A model generated the notes under the pieces. That model did no database searches, was not told where the DNA came from, and worked only from the letters and a program-made list of their open reading frames with translations. From the human T2T-CHM13v2.0 reference genome, Homo sapiens: a DNA stretch of 64,000 bases. This document shows positions 33,336 through 47,438 of this stretch, piece by piece (within the stretch, counting starts at the first letter, position 1; each line of letters begins with the position of its first letter). The stretch is from the NCBI RefSeq assembly GCF_009914755.1, contig NC_060942.1; one strand, written 5' to 3'. The position numbers were made by a program, and so were the translations under genes.

Positions 33336-35340
33336 AGGATAAACAGAAATACAAAGATGTTCGCCTCAGCAATACTGATGATAGGAATTTCCAGAAGAAA
33401 AGCCAAATATTCTATGATAGGGGAAATGACTAAGCAAAAGACAGAGTAGATAACATATTATACTTATTTTTTTAATATAGTTTTTAAATTATAGGTTATT
33501 ATTTAGGTTATTATAGACTCTAAGAAACTTTATTAAGAAAATTAAAATGATTGTACTGAAAATGCAAATAATATGGTTTGGTTTTAAAAACACTTACATT
33601 GTTCTTCCTCTAGTCTAAAGCACTATCAATTATAAGAGTAAGACATATCATTATTTTATGTTATAAAGAAAGAGAACAAATCTCAATTTCAGAGATACTA
33701 AAATGTGAACTCAATGGATCTCAGATTTAGTTCCAACTAGGAGGTATTCTTTCTCTGAAGATAATTTTTGATCTGAGTTCCCAAATATGAAACTCAATGC
33801 AGTGTGGCTATTCTTTTAGGCCTGAATGTTTATACAAAGTCCCTTCTCCATTGTGGCAACCTTATTGATCCATTAGCCCAAATATGAGTCAACAGATCCT
33901 TCACATCAAGGAGCCCTTGCTATCTCTTTTGGAAAGAAGAGGAGAAATTATTACTAACAATTACACATGCCAGACCAGAAGCCCATCACTCCCACTGTAA
34001 GGAAACTTTATAGCAGAGGAACTTGAGAATTCTTCAAAGCCATAAAATATGAAAAAGAAAACAGGTTTAACAAGTGGCTTGAAAGAACACGGTTGAGTGA
34101 ATACTATGCAGTAAGGAAAGCCATTTGGAATATCACAGATTATTTAGGGAGGATTATACAGAGGGATAGAGAAACACTGGGAAATAGAAGGAGCATTGTT
34201 AAGGTGGAACTGGCATGGAGCCAAGGCTATGAGAACATTGTGAAGCACAGAGGCAGAAGGAAGCTCATGATGGTAAGATTGTTACAGGTATCATATAGTT
34301 GTCTATACTGGTAAAAGAGCAAAATAGTGCATGCTTTCCTAGCAAGTCGGATTCTAATGGTTTAGCTCTGGGCACAGACTAGCAGAAAACAGACAGTAAA
34401 GAGAGAAAATGTTGTCATATATGTCATCGTTCCATCTGCATTCCCACAAAATATCTTCCACCAAGGAGACTTTTTTTTTTAATTGAGGGGCAATGGGACA
34501 GTTAGCTATGTTTATCATTTTAATTATTGCAATGCTATGATTCATTAATAAATCACTGGTATGACCAAGCATCTACTCCAGACCTACTCAAAACGAAACG
34601 TACCCTTCTAGTATACAGCTTAAGTATAGACATCTATACAGGTGCACAATCTCCTCTCCAGCCTCGTGGGGCCAGATGTGTGCATAGGCAGTATATTACA
34701 TGGCACCTCCAGGGGACGCTGAATCAGATAAAGAGACTATAACCTCACCATGGGTCAGACCAGGTTTTATAGCCAAATGACCTCAGGGCTGGTCAGGATT
34801 TTGGAATTTTGGCTAAGGCACTGTGGACTCAGGTTAAAGCCCTAACTTTTACCTCTAATCCATCTATTTTACTACTTCATTTTCAATGTATGAATCCTAA
34901 ATGTCTCTATATATCCTAATTAATAACATTTCTAATAATCAATATTTATGGAACTCCCATTACATAACTGGGCATTATTCTAGGCATCATTCTAGACATC
35001 AAGTGACTAGTAGTAGACAAAACAAAACCCCTGCCTTCGGGGAGCTTTCAATGACTCCCCTGGGACAATGAGAGAATTCATAAATGAGCTATAAATAATT
35101 AAAGAGTTCAGTGTTTCATTCCTAAATCTATTCATGGCTGCCAAAAAGACCAGAGACCACATCATATAACACAGCTATTTATATTTTATCATGTCAATGT
35201 CAAACACAAGAAATTCATAATCAAGCTTTCCATACAGCTTTTTTTGTACTATTATTTTAGTAAACATTTAGAATATATAGCATATATGTAGTCATATCCC
35301 CCTGTCCCTCCCTAAAACTGCTTATTAAAACTGCCAGCCC

Positions 35341-35625
35341 AGCTGGGCACAGTGGCTCACACCTGTAATCCCAGCACTTTGGGAGGCCGAGACCAATGGG
35401 TTGCTTGAGCCCAGGAGTTCAAGACCAGCCTGAGCAACATGGTGAAACCCCATCTCTACTAAAAATACAAAAATTAGCCAGGCATGGTGGCGCTTCCCTG
35501 TTATCCCAGCTACTTGAGAGGCCGAGGTGGGAGGATCGCTTGAGCTTAGGAAGCGATCGTCAAATTGCAGTGAGCCAGATCGCTACTGCACTTTAGCCTG
35601 GGCAACAGAGCGAGACGTCGTCTTG
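35341..35625 (+). mobile_element. Alu SINE (AluJb-like)
   Basis: TTGCTTGAGCCCAGGAGTTCAAG, GGGAGGATCGCTTGAGC; TSD AAACTGCCA. Confidence 0.9.
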
Positions 35626-35629
35626 GAAA

Positions 35630-36188
35630 CTGCCATGCCTGCAACCCCAGATGGGTTGACACCAGCCCGTGATCCCAGCAGGAGAGCCACAGGCACTCAA
35701 CTACAACCCTACTATAACCTGACAGCTGCAGTGTGGGCTGTGCCCAGCAAAGCCACGAGGGAAAGGGCGCCAGGAACTCCTGCCCCAGTGTGTCCAGAGG
35801 CAGTACTTTGAGTCAAAGATTATCCTGGGAATTTAGAACGTAATATTGTTTGCCCTGTTAGGGTTGGAACTTGCTTGAGACCTGTTACCCCTTTTTTCTT
35901 CCCTATTTCTCCCTTTTGTTATGGCGATGTTTATCCTATGCCTGTCCCACCACTGTATTTTGGAAATACACAACTTATTTGATTTCACAGGTTCACATAT
36001 GAAGAGCAATTTGTCTCAAGATGAATTGTAACTTGGGTCTCACCCATATCTGCTTTAGATATTTAGATGAGTCTTTGGACTTAGACTTTAATGTTGATGT
36101 TGAACAAGTTACATTTGGGGCTACTTGGATGAAATGAATGTATTTTACATATGAGAAGGATATAAATTTTGTGGGGCCAGGGATGGAC
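35630..36188 (+). mobile_element. MaLR internal (MLT1A-int-like) segment
   Basis: CCTATGCCTGTCCCACCACTGTATTTTGGAA and TTTGGACTTAGACTTT motifs; purine-rich stretch abutting the LTR. Confidence 0.7.
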
Positions 36189-36540
36189 TGCTATGGTCTG
36201 AATGTTCTGTCAACATTAATGTGTTGAATTCTAATCACTAAGGTCATAGTATTAGAAGGTGGCATCTTTGGGAGGTGATTAGGTCATGAGGTTTCCCTCA
36301 TGGGTGGGGTTCTGCCCATATAAAAGAGACCCCAGAGAGCTCCATCACTCTTTCCACCATGGGAGGACACAGACAGAAGGCCCCATCTGTGAACCAGCAA
36401 TGGTGCCCTAACCAGACAGTAAATCTCCCTACATCTTGAACTTGGACTTCCCAGTCTCCCAAACCGTGAGAAATAAATTCATTGTTTATAAGCCACCCAG
36501 TTTATGGTATTTTGCTATAGCAGCCTAAACAGACAAAGAT
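36189..36540 (+). mobile_element. MaLR 3' LTR (MLT1A0-like)
   Basis: TGCTATGGTCTGAATG...TTGGACTTCCCAG...GTGAGAAATAAATT...TATAAGCCACCCAGTTTATGGTATTTTG. Confidence 0.85.
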
Positions 36541-37134
36541 TCTTGTGCCTTAATATCTTTTTTCTTGATCAATTTATTTTTATCTTTTAAAAAAAACAGC
36601 TTTTGATGATCCTCTAATTTTTAAATTGTATTACTTTCTGCTTTTTAATAACTTCTTCAAAATTCTAATGTTTTATCTGCATTCAATTTTGGAATCCTCA
36701 TCTATATTCCTGAGTTAAATTTCAGTCTTTTTTGTTTTTAAATAAAACCATTGAAAGCTATCAATTTACTTCTAAGAATTGCTATATCAGCATCTCATGT
36801 TTTTTCCTTCCTCTTTTTTACGTGTACAATATATTTTTGTTAACTATAGGCTACAGATACCAGTTTTGATAGAGAACTTTTATTGTAGCTCATTTCTAAA
36901 TTTCTGCTGAGACCTTCTTTAACCAAAAGCTGTTTAATCAATTTTGAAAGTTCTTAACACATGTACTACTGTTGTCAAAGAAAATGACTTATAGAATACT
37001 GACTGAACTTTGATCAGACTTCTTTTGTAAATTAGCACAAGTACATTTTTTAAAATTACTACATATACTTAAAAAGAATGTATATTCTGTCAGGTACAGG
37101 ATTCGATATTCATTTTTAGATTTTCTGCATCAAA

Positions 37135-37377
37135 GCTATCCTGTATTCCACATCCACTGGCCATATGTGGCTATCGAGCACTTGAAATGTGATTAGTGAT
37201 AGGCTGTAAGTATAAAATACAAACCAGATTTCTAAGGCTTACTATGAAAACAAGGATGTAAAGTGTCTCATGAATTTACATGTTGAAATAGCATTTCTGA
37301 TATATTGGGTTAAATATATTATTAAAATGAAGTTTCCCTTTTTATACATTTTTAAAACATAGTTACTAGAAAATTTT
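37135..37377 (-). mobile_element. MER33 hAT-Charlie element
   Basis: CCACTGGCCATATGTGGCTATCGAGCACTTGAAATGTG...ACATGTTGAAAT...TATTGGGTTAAAT...TACTAGAAAATTT. Confidence 0.75.
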
Positions 37378-37744
<367 letters not shown>

Positions 37745-38185
37745 TCATTATGATTTTGGAGTTTTAAATTTTGCTTATACTTCTCAGTTTTTGCTTATAT
37801 AATCCAACGTTATATCTTAAATACTTAGGATCCTTTCTTATCCCTATTAATGTTTTTGCCTTACAGTTTGATATTAATATACCTGTATCTAACTTCTAGA
37901 TTTTTGTTGTATTTTTAGTAACATCTCTTAATAAGCAGAAGTTGGGGTCCACCCAACCTGATGTCCTTAAATGAGTTTAATCTATTTACATTTATTGTGA
38001 TTACTGATGTATTTACACCATTTTATCTTCTTTTGTATTTCTTAACCACCTTCCCCACTTTTTTCTCCATTCATTCCTCCCATTGGTTGAGTACATTTTC
38101 TCTATTCTCATGCTTTTTTCCTTTCTTCTCTTTACTGGCTCTAAATTTCTGAATTGTATGTCTTCTTTTAAAAATGACTTTTACA

Positions 38186-38485
38186 TTTTATTATTATTTG
38201 AGAGAGTCTGGCTCTGTTGCTCAGGCTGGAGCGTAGTGGTGCGATCTCGGCTCACTGCAACCTCCCACCTCCCAGATTCAAGCGATTCTCATGCCTCATT
38301 CAGCCTCCTGTGTAGCTGGGATTACAGGCGTATGCCACCATGCCCAGGTAATATTTTGTATTTTTATTAGAGACAGGGTTTTGCTACGTAGGCCAGGATG
38401 GTCTCAAACTACTGGCCTCAAGTGATCTGCCTGCCTCAGCCTCCCAAAGTGTTGGAATCACAGGTGTGAGCCACCATGCCTGGCC
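38186..38485 (-). mobile_element. Alu SINE (AluS)
   Basis: Reverse Alu consensus. Confidence 0.92.
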
Positions 38486-38659
38486 TACGTTTTGTTGTTT
38501 TACCTGAAAATTTTCCAACTAAGTTTTTCAGTTTTCCTATTCTCCTGACCATGAAAACCCTTTAGCATGTTAACCCTTTAGTTGCATGCATGCAACCCTT
38601 TATCATGACCTATAATCTATTCATTGGTCATGCTTCCTATCTTGTCATTGTATCTTAGT

Positions 38660-39185
38660 ATTGTATCAGCTATTTATTGCCACAGTAATGCTGCATTAAC
38701 AAAGAACCACACACACAAACAAATCAGCAGCTTGTATAACAATAAACATTTATTTAGCTTAAGAGTTTGCATAGTCCAGCTGATCTGTGCTAGACTTGCT
38801 TATGCTTCTACAGTCAGCAGGCTGGTTGGCTAGGTGGCTCTACTGATTTTGGTTAGGGGTTAGCTGGTGTTGGTTGTGCCAGTTCGGCTTTGCCCCATGT
38901 GTCTCTCACATTCCTCCAGCAGGTTAGCCTGGGCAGGTTTCCATGGCAAGGGCAGAGGTACAAGAGTGGAAGCAGAACTCCACAAGCACTTTTACAAACT
39001 TCCTTATGAGTCAACAACATACCCTTGGTCAAAGCAAGTTACATGGCCAAGCAGAATCAAGTGGCAGGAAAGTAAGTCCCACTCCTGAGAGAAACATATT
39101 TTAAAATCTGTCTGACTTTTATATAAAAAGGGGGCATGGACTTGGAGGGCTAAAAAATGAGGCCATTAATGGAACCAACCTATCA
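38660..39185 (-). mobile_element. Old MaLR LTR (MLT1I/J-like)
   Basis: TGTATCAGCTATTTATTGCCACAGTAATGCTGCAT...TTGGTCAAAGCAAGTTACATGGCCAAG. Confidence 0.6.
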
Positions 39186-39398
39186 CACTTAACTGTACCT
39201 TTTCTCACACCCAAAAAAGTAATGTTTCCTACCCATAATTATGTTTTGACAAATTTTATATAGTCTCTATTCTTGTTTACATCCTACACCTTTCTACTGT
39301 ATTATTTTCTTTTGCTCCAGTACATCTTCCATGGATGATGAATTCTCTTGATCTTTGCAAGCCTGAAAATGTTCATTTTGCCCTCACTTCAGAATTAT

Positions 39399-39478
39399 AT
39401 AGGTTGGTGCAAAAGTTATTGTGCTTTTTACCATTACTTTCAGTGGCAAAAACTGCGATTACTTTTGCACCAACCTAA
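39399..39478. mobile_element. MADE1 mariner (Hsmar1-derived) MITE
   Basis: TAGGTTGGTGCAAAAGT...ACTTTTGCACCAACCTAA, ~80-bp near-palindrome with TA flanks. Confidence 0.92.
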
Positions 39479-39737
39479 TAGTTTAGCTGGGTGTAACATT
39501 TAGACTTATTTTCCCTCAGTATTTAACTCTCCTATCTTTTGATTATTGCAGAGAATTCTGTCTAAATTTTCTTTATAGGTAATGTGCCTTTTCTTTCAGG
39601 TAGTTTTGAGATTTTTTCTTAACAGCAATATAATGTGTCTAAATATGGACAGGATTCATTTTTATTCAACCTCGTTGGAACTTGGTTAAGTTACAATCCG
39701 TGTATTCACAGACTCAGTTGTGGAAAACTGTGAGCTT

Positions 39738-39742
<5 letters not shown>

Positions 39743-39797
<55 letters not shown>
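39743..39797. repeat. (TA)~27 microsatellite
   Basis: Uninterrupted TA run. Confidence 0.97.
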
Positions 39798-39800
<3 letters not shown>

Positions 39801-40030
39801 TAACCAATGCTTCAATTTCCTTTTGCTGAAGCTCCCATATTAAAACTCTGCACTCATGTCTTAATTTTTCCTTCATATATATATACATTTTTTAAAATCT
39901 TATTTCTTGGTGCTCTGGTATGGGGCAATTTCTCATACCTTCATCTGTTTCACAGATTTTCTTAACTGTGTCCAGCCTATAGTTTATGCCAATTGAGCTG
40001 GTCCAATTACTACATTTTTCACTCAAAAGC

Positions 40031-40235
40031 TTTTTTTTTAAGAGACAAGGTCTTGCTTTATCACCCAGGCTATTCTGCAGTGGTGTGATCATAGATCACT
40101 GCAGCTTCACCTGCTGTGTTCAAGTGATCCTCTGGCCCCAGTCTCTGGAGTAGCTGGGACTCCAGGTGCAACACCCAGCTCATTAAAAACAATTTTTTTT
40201 TTTGTAAGTAGAGACAAGGTCTCACTATGTTGCAC
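40031..40235 (-). mobile_element. AluJ, partial
   Basis: Reverse right arm plus start of left arm. Confidence 0.85.
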
Positions 40236-42990
40236 TTATACGATTTCCAAATGGTTTTTACACGTACCTGTTATTTCACTTGTTTTTGTTTTATAATATC
40301 TGAAAATCTATGTGGATGGATGGGTTATCTCTTTAAACATTCCAAAATACATTATTTTAAAATCTGTCAGACTTTTAAATAAAATGAATGTTACGTGGTT
40401 TGAATGCAGGTTCCAAGTTAGTTTGTTAACATATTTTGAAAGTTTGGTTCATGGGCTTAAAGCAGGAGGTTCATTTTTTTCTCTCTTCCCCACCATTCCT
40501 GCTTCCTTCTGTGCATCCCTTTGTCTCCCAGATCCCAAACCAAGTCTAGAATCAAAACTTTGAGAAAATTTCTTCCTATTCTCCTAATGATTTTAGAAAT
40601 TATTTAAAATCCAATACTAAGCTTCAAAATAGCTTGGTTTCGTTCTAGATCGAGAGGCTAAATACGTATCTTCTAGCATCATTATGTCCAGCTTCTTCAA
40701 AACAAGGCCCTAGGTGGTGGCTAGCAAGAAGGGAGCTTTTGTTAGTTTTCTTTTATAAATAGGAGGGAAAGTGGGAGAAAGTCACATTCTAGCCTCTGCC
40801 TTAAAGCAGCAAACCTGGCTCCATTATCTTATTATATTATTATGTATATTATTTTTTGGCTCAATTACTCCACAGGAACCAATTTCTCGAGTTTCACTGT
40901 CAACTTCTACACTCAGAACCCAGGAGGCTCATGGTTTCTGCCTTCCCTATTTACATTTTTATTCCGCTTTTGATCCATAGAGATGCTTACCTTCTTTGAA
41001 CCTGACTCTCTGTACTTTAATTCTTCTTTGGTTGGTTTCTGTTAGTAGTAGCAGTATTATGTGTATGGTGGGTTACATCAAAGTATGATATAATGCCTTC
41101 TTGATCAGAAGTCTTTATATAGAATATTCAAATAAACACATACACCAAAACACACACACTTTCTGACCTTGAATGACTATTTGAAATAAAGAATTTATTA
41201 AGTAAAAATGTAAGATACACATTTTTAGTGATACTGACTAAACATGAACTGTTATTATCTTCCAATAGATTGTTGAAAATTATGGTTCAAAGCCACTTAA
41301 TCACCCGAACATTCAGGTAGAATTTTATTTCACAGAACCAAAAAGAGTTAAGTGACACTGATTTCCAGCTTGGAATTCAATTTCTTCTTATAAAAATCCC
41401 AGTTATAACTTATTAAAAATCAAAATGCTTTTTGGGGGGGTGTGGAGGATGAATAACTTTCAGACTAGCCCCAGAGTTGTGAATAAAAAAAAAAAATGCT
41501 GTGTTTATTTAGAGAGTATTACCCTTTGGAGCCACCGTTTGCACTAATGCATTTTACATTAGCGTGCCGCATCAGGAAATCCTGACTTTTTGGTGCCAAG
41601 GGGGTAATTAATATCAGTTCATGTTTTCAAAATGGTTGTGTTTATGTGGGAATGAGGACTGAACACTAACTTGTAGAGCTTGAAGTATGAAAGCTTGCTG
41701 TGAAGCAAGATCTTGGGAAAGAATGGAATACTGAAATTAATGAACAGGAAATAGGATTTCTTTGGATAGAATATTAGTGCTGAAGAGAAAGCCAAACTAC
41801 ACTTCCTTGCTCTTAATTTTCAAGGCAATAACAGACAGAATTCCCTAGTATAGCCATATTGATAGAAAAGAAGGTAAAATCCTTGATAGCTATATGCAGT
41901 ATTTTGGTCCACTGATACCAGAAGTCCTGATAAATATCATTTCTAAATATCATTCCATAGCTAATATAGTTACAGCTTCTGTAGACATAAAACTCTTTAC
42001 ATTTGACCTAAGCTGAATAAGAGCTACTATTAAAGTAAAATCAAAATACTTTTGGTGCATGTTTTTTTATCCTCAAAGAAAAGATGGCAGAGAAACTAGA
42101 ATCAAAGTACACATGCCATAGAGTCAAAGTCAGAAAACTAAGGAAGCAGCAAGAAAGCATTAGAGAAAAAAATTCAAAGAATCGATTAAAGTGATAAGTC
42201 AAAACGAAGTTGAAATCTTGAGAGAGGTTTTATGAGGTCCTACCTACAAAATGCTCAAAATAAGTACATGGAAAACATGATATTTATAAAATTTATAATT
42301 ATACATATGCTAAAAAAGATCAATATTAACTATATTACCAATACTTTCAAATTAACCAAATTTATTGTTATTAAATGTGGCATTCCCATTCATTCAACTG
42401 ATGGAAAGCAGAGAGTGATCGTAGAGAAAATGCTACATAATTTTAGCCTATTTCACTAGTCACAAACATGAAAGGAATTACTATAATGTATGCTAAACAC
42501 ACAGTACACTCACTTGTCATTCCTAAAAATTGATTCCATACAGAGCATATCATAGAGTAATATGAATTGGCCACTACTGCATCACCCTACATCAGAGTAC
42601 AGGATTTGCTCCTATCACAAAGGGCTTAATAACATAGAAGTGTTACTTCTCTCATGTCGAAGTCCAAGCTGATTAGCGGGAGAGGAGAGGGCTTCATGAC
42701 AACCATTTTCAGGGGACTTTTGCTTCTGTCTACCTACACTGTCATTCTCTGGAGTATCTTTCTATCTATAAAGCCAAAGCTCCCTAACAATAGGTCATGT
42801 TCCAGCCCATGGAAAAAAGAAAAGAAAAACGAAAGCACCGTTTTAAGAATGTGGTCTAGAAGCTGTACACATTACAACTCATAGCCTCCTGGGTTGAACT
42901 TAAAGTCATATGACCACACCAAGCTGCAAAGGAGGATGTTAAATGTCTCTAGGTAGGCAACCATGCACCCACCCAAAACAATAATGGAGG

Positions 42991-43411
<421 letters not shown>

Positions 43412-43489
43412 CTATATCATGAGAAACCCTCTCAGGATGATATCACAGTTCAAAATTATAACATAAATGCATCAACTCACATATCTAAG

Positions 43490-43788
43490 TTCTTTTTTTT
43501 TTTTTTGAGACGGAGTTTCGCTCTTGTTGCCCAGGCTAGAGTGCAGATGGCACAATCTCAGCTCACTGCAACCTCCACCCTCCCGGGTTCAAGCGATTCT
43601 CCTGCCTCAGCCTCCTGAGTATCTGGGATTACAGGCATGTGCCAACACCCCAGCTAATTTTGGATTTTCAGTAGAGACGGGGTTTCTCCATGTTGGTCAG
43701 GCTGGTCTTGAACTCCCGACCTCAGGTGATCTGCCTGCCTTGGCCTCCCAAAGTGCTGAGATTACAGGCATGAGCCACCATGCCCGGC
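43490..43788 (-). mobile_element. Alu SINE (AluSp-like)
   Basis: GAGTTTCGCTCTTGTTGCCC, TTTCTCCATGTTGGTCAGG; TSD TCTAAGTT. Confidence 0.94.
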
Positions 43789-44286
43789 TCTAAGTTTTTA
43801 AACTATGGATCTCTATCAGGAAAAGACAAAATAAAAAATATATACCCATATATCTAACATATACGCATATATAATACACATATACACACATATATGCACC
43901 TGTATTTGTGTTTATATATGTAATGAACACACGTTTGTACATATATACATATGTGTGTGTATATATATGTAAAACAATCTCCCATTCTCAAGGTTATCAA
44001 ATTGGGCAATAAATTACATTGTCACTCTAATTATAGGTCTTTATTAATGAAAATTATATTGCATTGTCTATTTCTGAGACTTCAATTTGTAAACAATAAA
44101 AGTTTTCTACTGATTTCTTTAGTAATCAAACAGAGATACTTTGGGGCAGCTAAAAAGACAGTCCATTAGCAGGGCACAAAAAAATTAAAGAGCTTTTAAA
44201 CATCAACAAGCAAAAATCTCTAAAAGTTGTAGTCATTCTTTATAAAAACACACTTCAATAATTTTCTTACTATTAAGAAGCTAAGG

Positions 44287-44590
44287 GCCAGGCATGGTGG
44301 CTCATGCCTGTAATCAATCCCAGGACTTTGGAAGGCTGAGGTGGGCGGATAACTTGAAGTCAGAGTTCGAGACCAGCCAATATGGCAAAACCCCATCGCT
44401 ACTAAAAATACAAAAAAAATTAGCCAGGCATGGTGGCATACTCCTGTAATCCCAGCTACTTAAGAGGCTGAGGCACCACAATCGCTTGAACCTGAGCGGC
44501 GGAGGCTGCAGTGAGCCAAGATGGGACCACTGCACTGCAGCCTGGGAAATAAAGCAAGACTCTGTCTTTACCAAAAACAAACAACAAAAA
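44287..44590 (+). mobile_element. Alu SINE (AluS)
   Basis: Full Alu consensus. Confidence 0.92.
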
Positions 44591-46903
44591 AGCTAGTGAT
44601 TATGTATAATTTTGCAGATAACTTTTATCAAATAAAAAAACACTGTGTTAGAGAAAAACAACTCACAAGTTTATGCCAATTAAATTAGACAGTTAAATGC
44701 ATTTAACTAGTCCTTGAAATGGAATACATAAAACATAAATAAATAGCTTTAACTATAATTAATTTTTTAAATTAAAGGAATAGAGTGGCTTCTCAAATCA
44801 CTGGAAGAAAAATGATACAATAAATGATGCTTAAGCAACGTTATCCATAAGAAAAAAATTAATGTCCTAAATTATATCATGAACAATAAGTTTCAGAAAA
44901 ATGGAAGCAAATATGAGGAATATTTTTACAAATTTGTTAGTTGGGGGGAGTCATAAGCCAAACTTTTGACTACATAAAATCTTAAAGCTTTAATACAGTG
45001 AAAGACATCATGTTACAAAATAATGGACAGAAGAGACCTGCAACAATAGAAGAGACAAAGGATTAACTGTGCAGGGACATATGTAATTTTACATGTATGT
45101 GCACACATCTCTGTGTGTCTGTGTGTAATTTCCTCTCTCTTACACAACAAACATCCCAACAGAAAAACAGACAAAGAACATTAAAAGGCATTTCATAGCC
45201 AAAAAAAAAGTGTAATAGGTACTTAAATTGATGCTCAACTTACAAATAAATGCAATTCAAATAAAATTCAGAGATAACATTTTAAAAAATTGATGAGAAT
45301 TGCAAAAATTAGTAAGACTAATGAAACTGGTGTTGCCAGTGATATACCTTTTATGGTGATACTTTTTTCAACATCCATAGCCTTACACCTAAGATATTAA
45401 AAATTTACTGTAAAGAAATACCCCAACAGCACACAAAAAACCCCAAAAAAACAACTCTGCAATATAGCTTATAAAAGCTTTGTTTCTACAACAGTAAAAA
45501 ATTAAGAGGCAACAAGGGAACAAGGAGCATTCAAGATATTTCTAAGTTAAAAAGAAAAGAAAGTTGCAGAATAGTATGTAGTATAATTCCGTTTTTGTTT
45601 TAAAAAACAACATAGGTTGGCTTATTGTGTAAAGTTAAACTGGAAGAAAAGTACCAAATTTTTAATAATTGTGACTTTTAATGGATGAAATTATGAAAAA
45701 TGTTAACTCTTTGTATAATGTATGTCTATTAATCTTTTATTTAACATGAATGACTTTTTAAAATGAAAGAAAAGGCAATGACTTATACGTACAAATTCTC
45801 AGATGGTTTCTAATTCAATGTTAACATTGAAAACACAGAATTTAGGAGCAAGAAGAATCTTCAAGTACTTTTAGATATGTTTACTGGAATATTTAAGTGA
45901 TTAAATAATATAGCGTTTGTTTCTATTTGGGGGTTAGTGTATGAACAATCAGAAGTTTCGCCATGAGTTGCTAAGTATATAAATTGGGTTAACATTACAT
46001 GGGGGCCCATCGCACCATACTCTGCTCTACACTTGGGTGTATGTTTAAAAATTCCATTAAAAAATTTTAAGAGAAAACCAAAAACAATGTGCCACCTGAA
46101 TAATGCTACAGAATAATAACATATTCCCAAATAACAGAACTAACACACTTAGCATATTTTGAAATGTTTAATAGTGACCCCACTCTTTTCTTGGTAATAC
46201 TTTGTTTCTGGAATTTTATGGGATAGTATGATATTATTACTTCGATAAAATGCAAATTTCAGTTGTAGAATATATAGTCTGTACAGAAATGTCAAATCTA
46301 GTAGACAGCTACTGGTAAAGTTATTCCTCTTACTAGGTATCAGAGGAGTAAGGTAATTTTTGTCACCACCAATTAAAAACTTTTACAAAATAGGACTGTT
46401 ATAAAACAATTAAACCTTGCAAATGCACTAGTCTCCAGGAAGAAAGTCCTGGAGGAAATTCTGCTTATTAAAATTGCAATTTTAGTTTCCATTAAAAGGA
46501 GAATAAGACAACAGAAGATGGGTTGGCAAGACAAATTATTTCTTAATGTCAGTTGAGCTTATTTCAAATGAGATAACGTACTACACCAGGTTGGGTTCAG
46601 TACAATTTTGTCTCCTCAACTCATTTATCTAATTCAGTCATCTTGATTATAGCCTTATGGACTTCATTTTCGGAGAAAGAATTCTGTAACAAACAGCCTA
46701 CACAACATGCTGATTACTGAACGGTTAATTCTAATTAACTTGGGCATGGCAAGAGAATTTTGATAAAGTCCTAGAATACAAATATAGTCTGCTTATACTG
46801 GACTAACTTATATAAAAACCCACAGCATAGTCTCCAGACAAGACAAGAGAGTCAAAGAGATCTAATTTAAAGAAACAAATGAGAAAATTAAAATCACAAA
46901 TAA

Positions 46904-46909
46904 TTTATT
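46904..46909 (-). terminator. SS18: Distal polyadenylation signal AATAAA of SS18
   Basis: TTTATT on +; downstream on - strand TTTTAATTTTCTCATTTGTTTCTTT (U/GU-rich element). Confidence 0.8.
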
Positions 46910-47071
46910 CTTCCGTTAGAGTTGATACAGTTTTAAATAGCAACAAAGTACACAGTGGTGGAAAATTGGCACAGAACCTACAAGCATTTCAATCACAATA
47001 AGGCTGTCCATGATTTATCTGTTCAAACTTGATGTCCATTTTCTACTGATCAAGTTGAAAGAAAAAACCTA

Positions 47072-47438
<367 letters not shown>

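Noticed and set aside
34636-34832. Possible Tigger-like MITE (CAGGTGCACAATC...TAAGGCACTGTGGACTCA)
   Set aside because: Termini too degenerate to assign a family by eye
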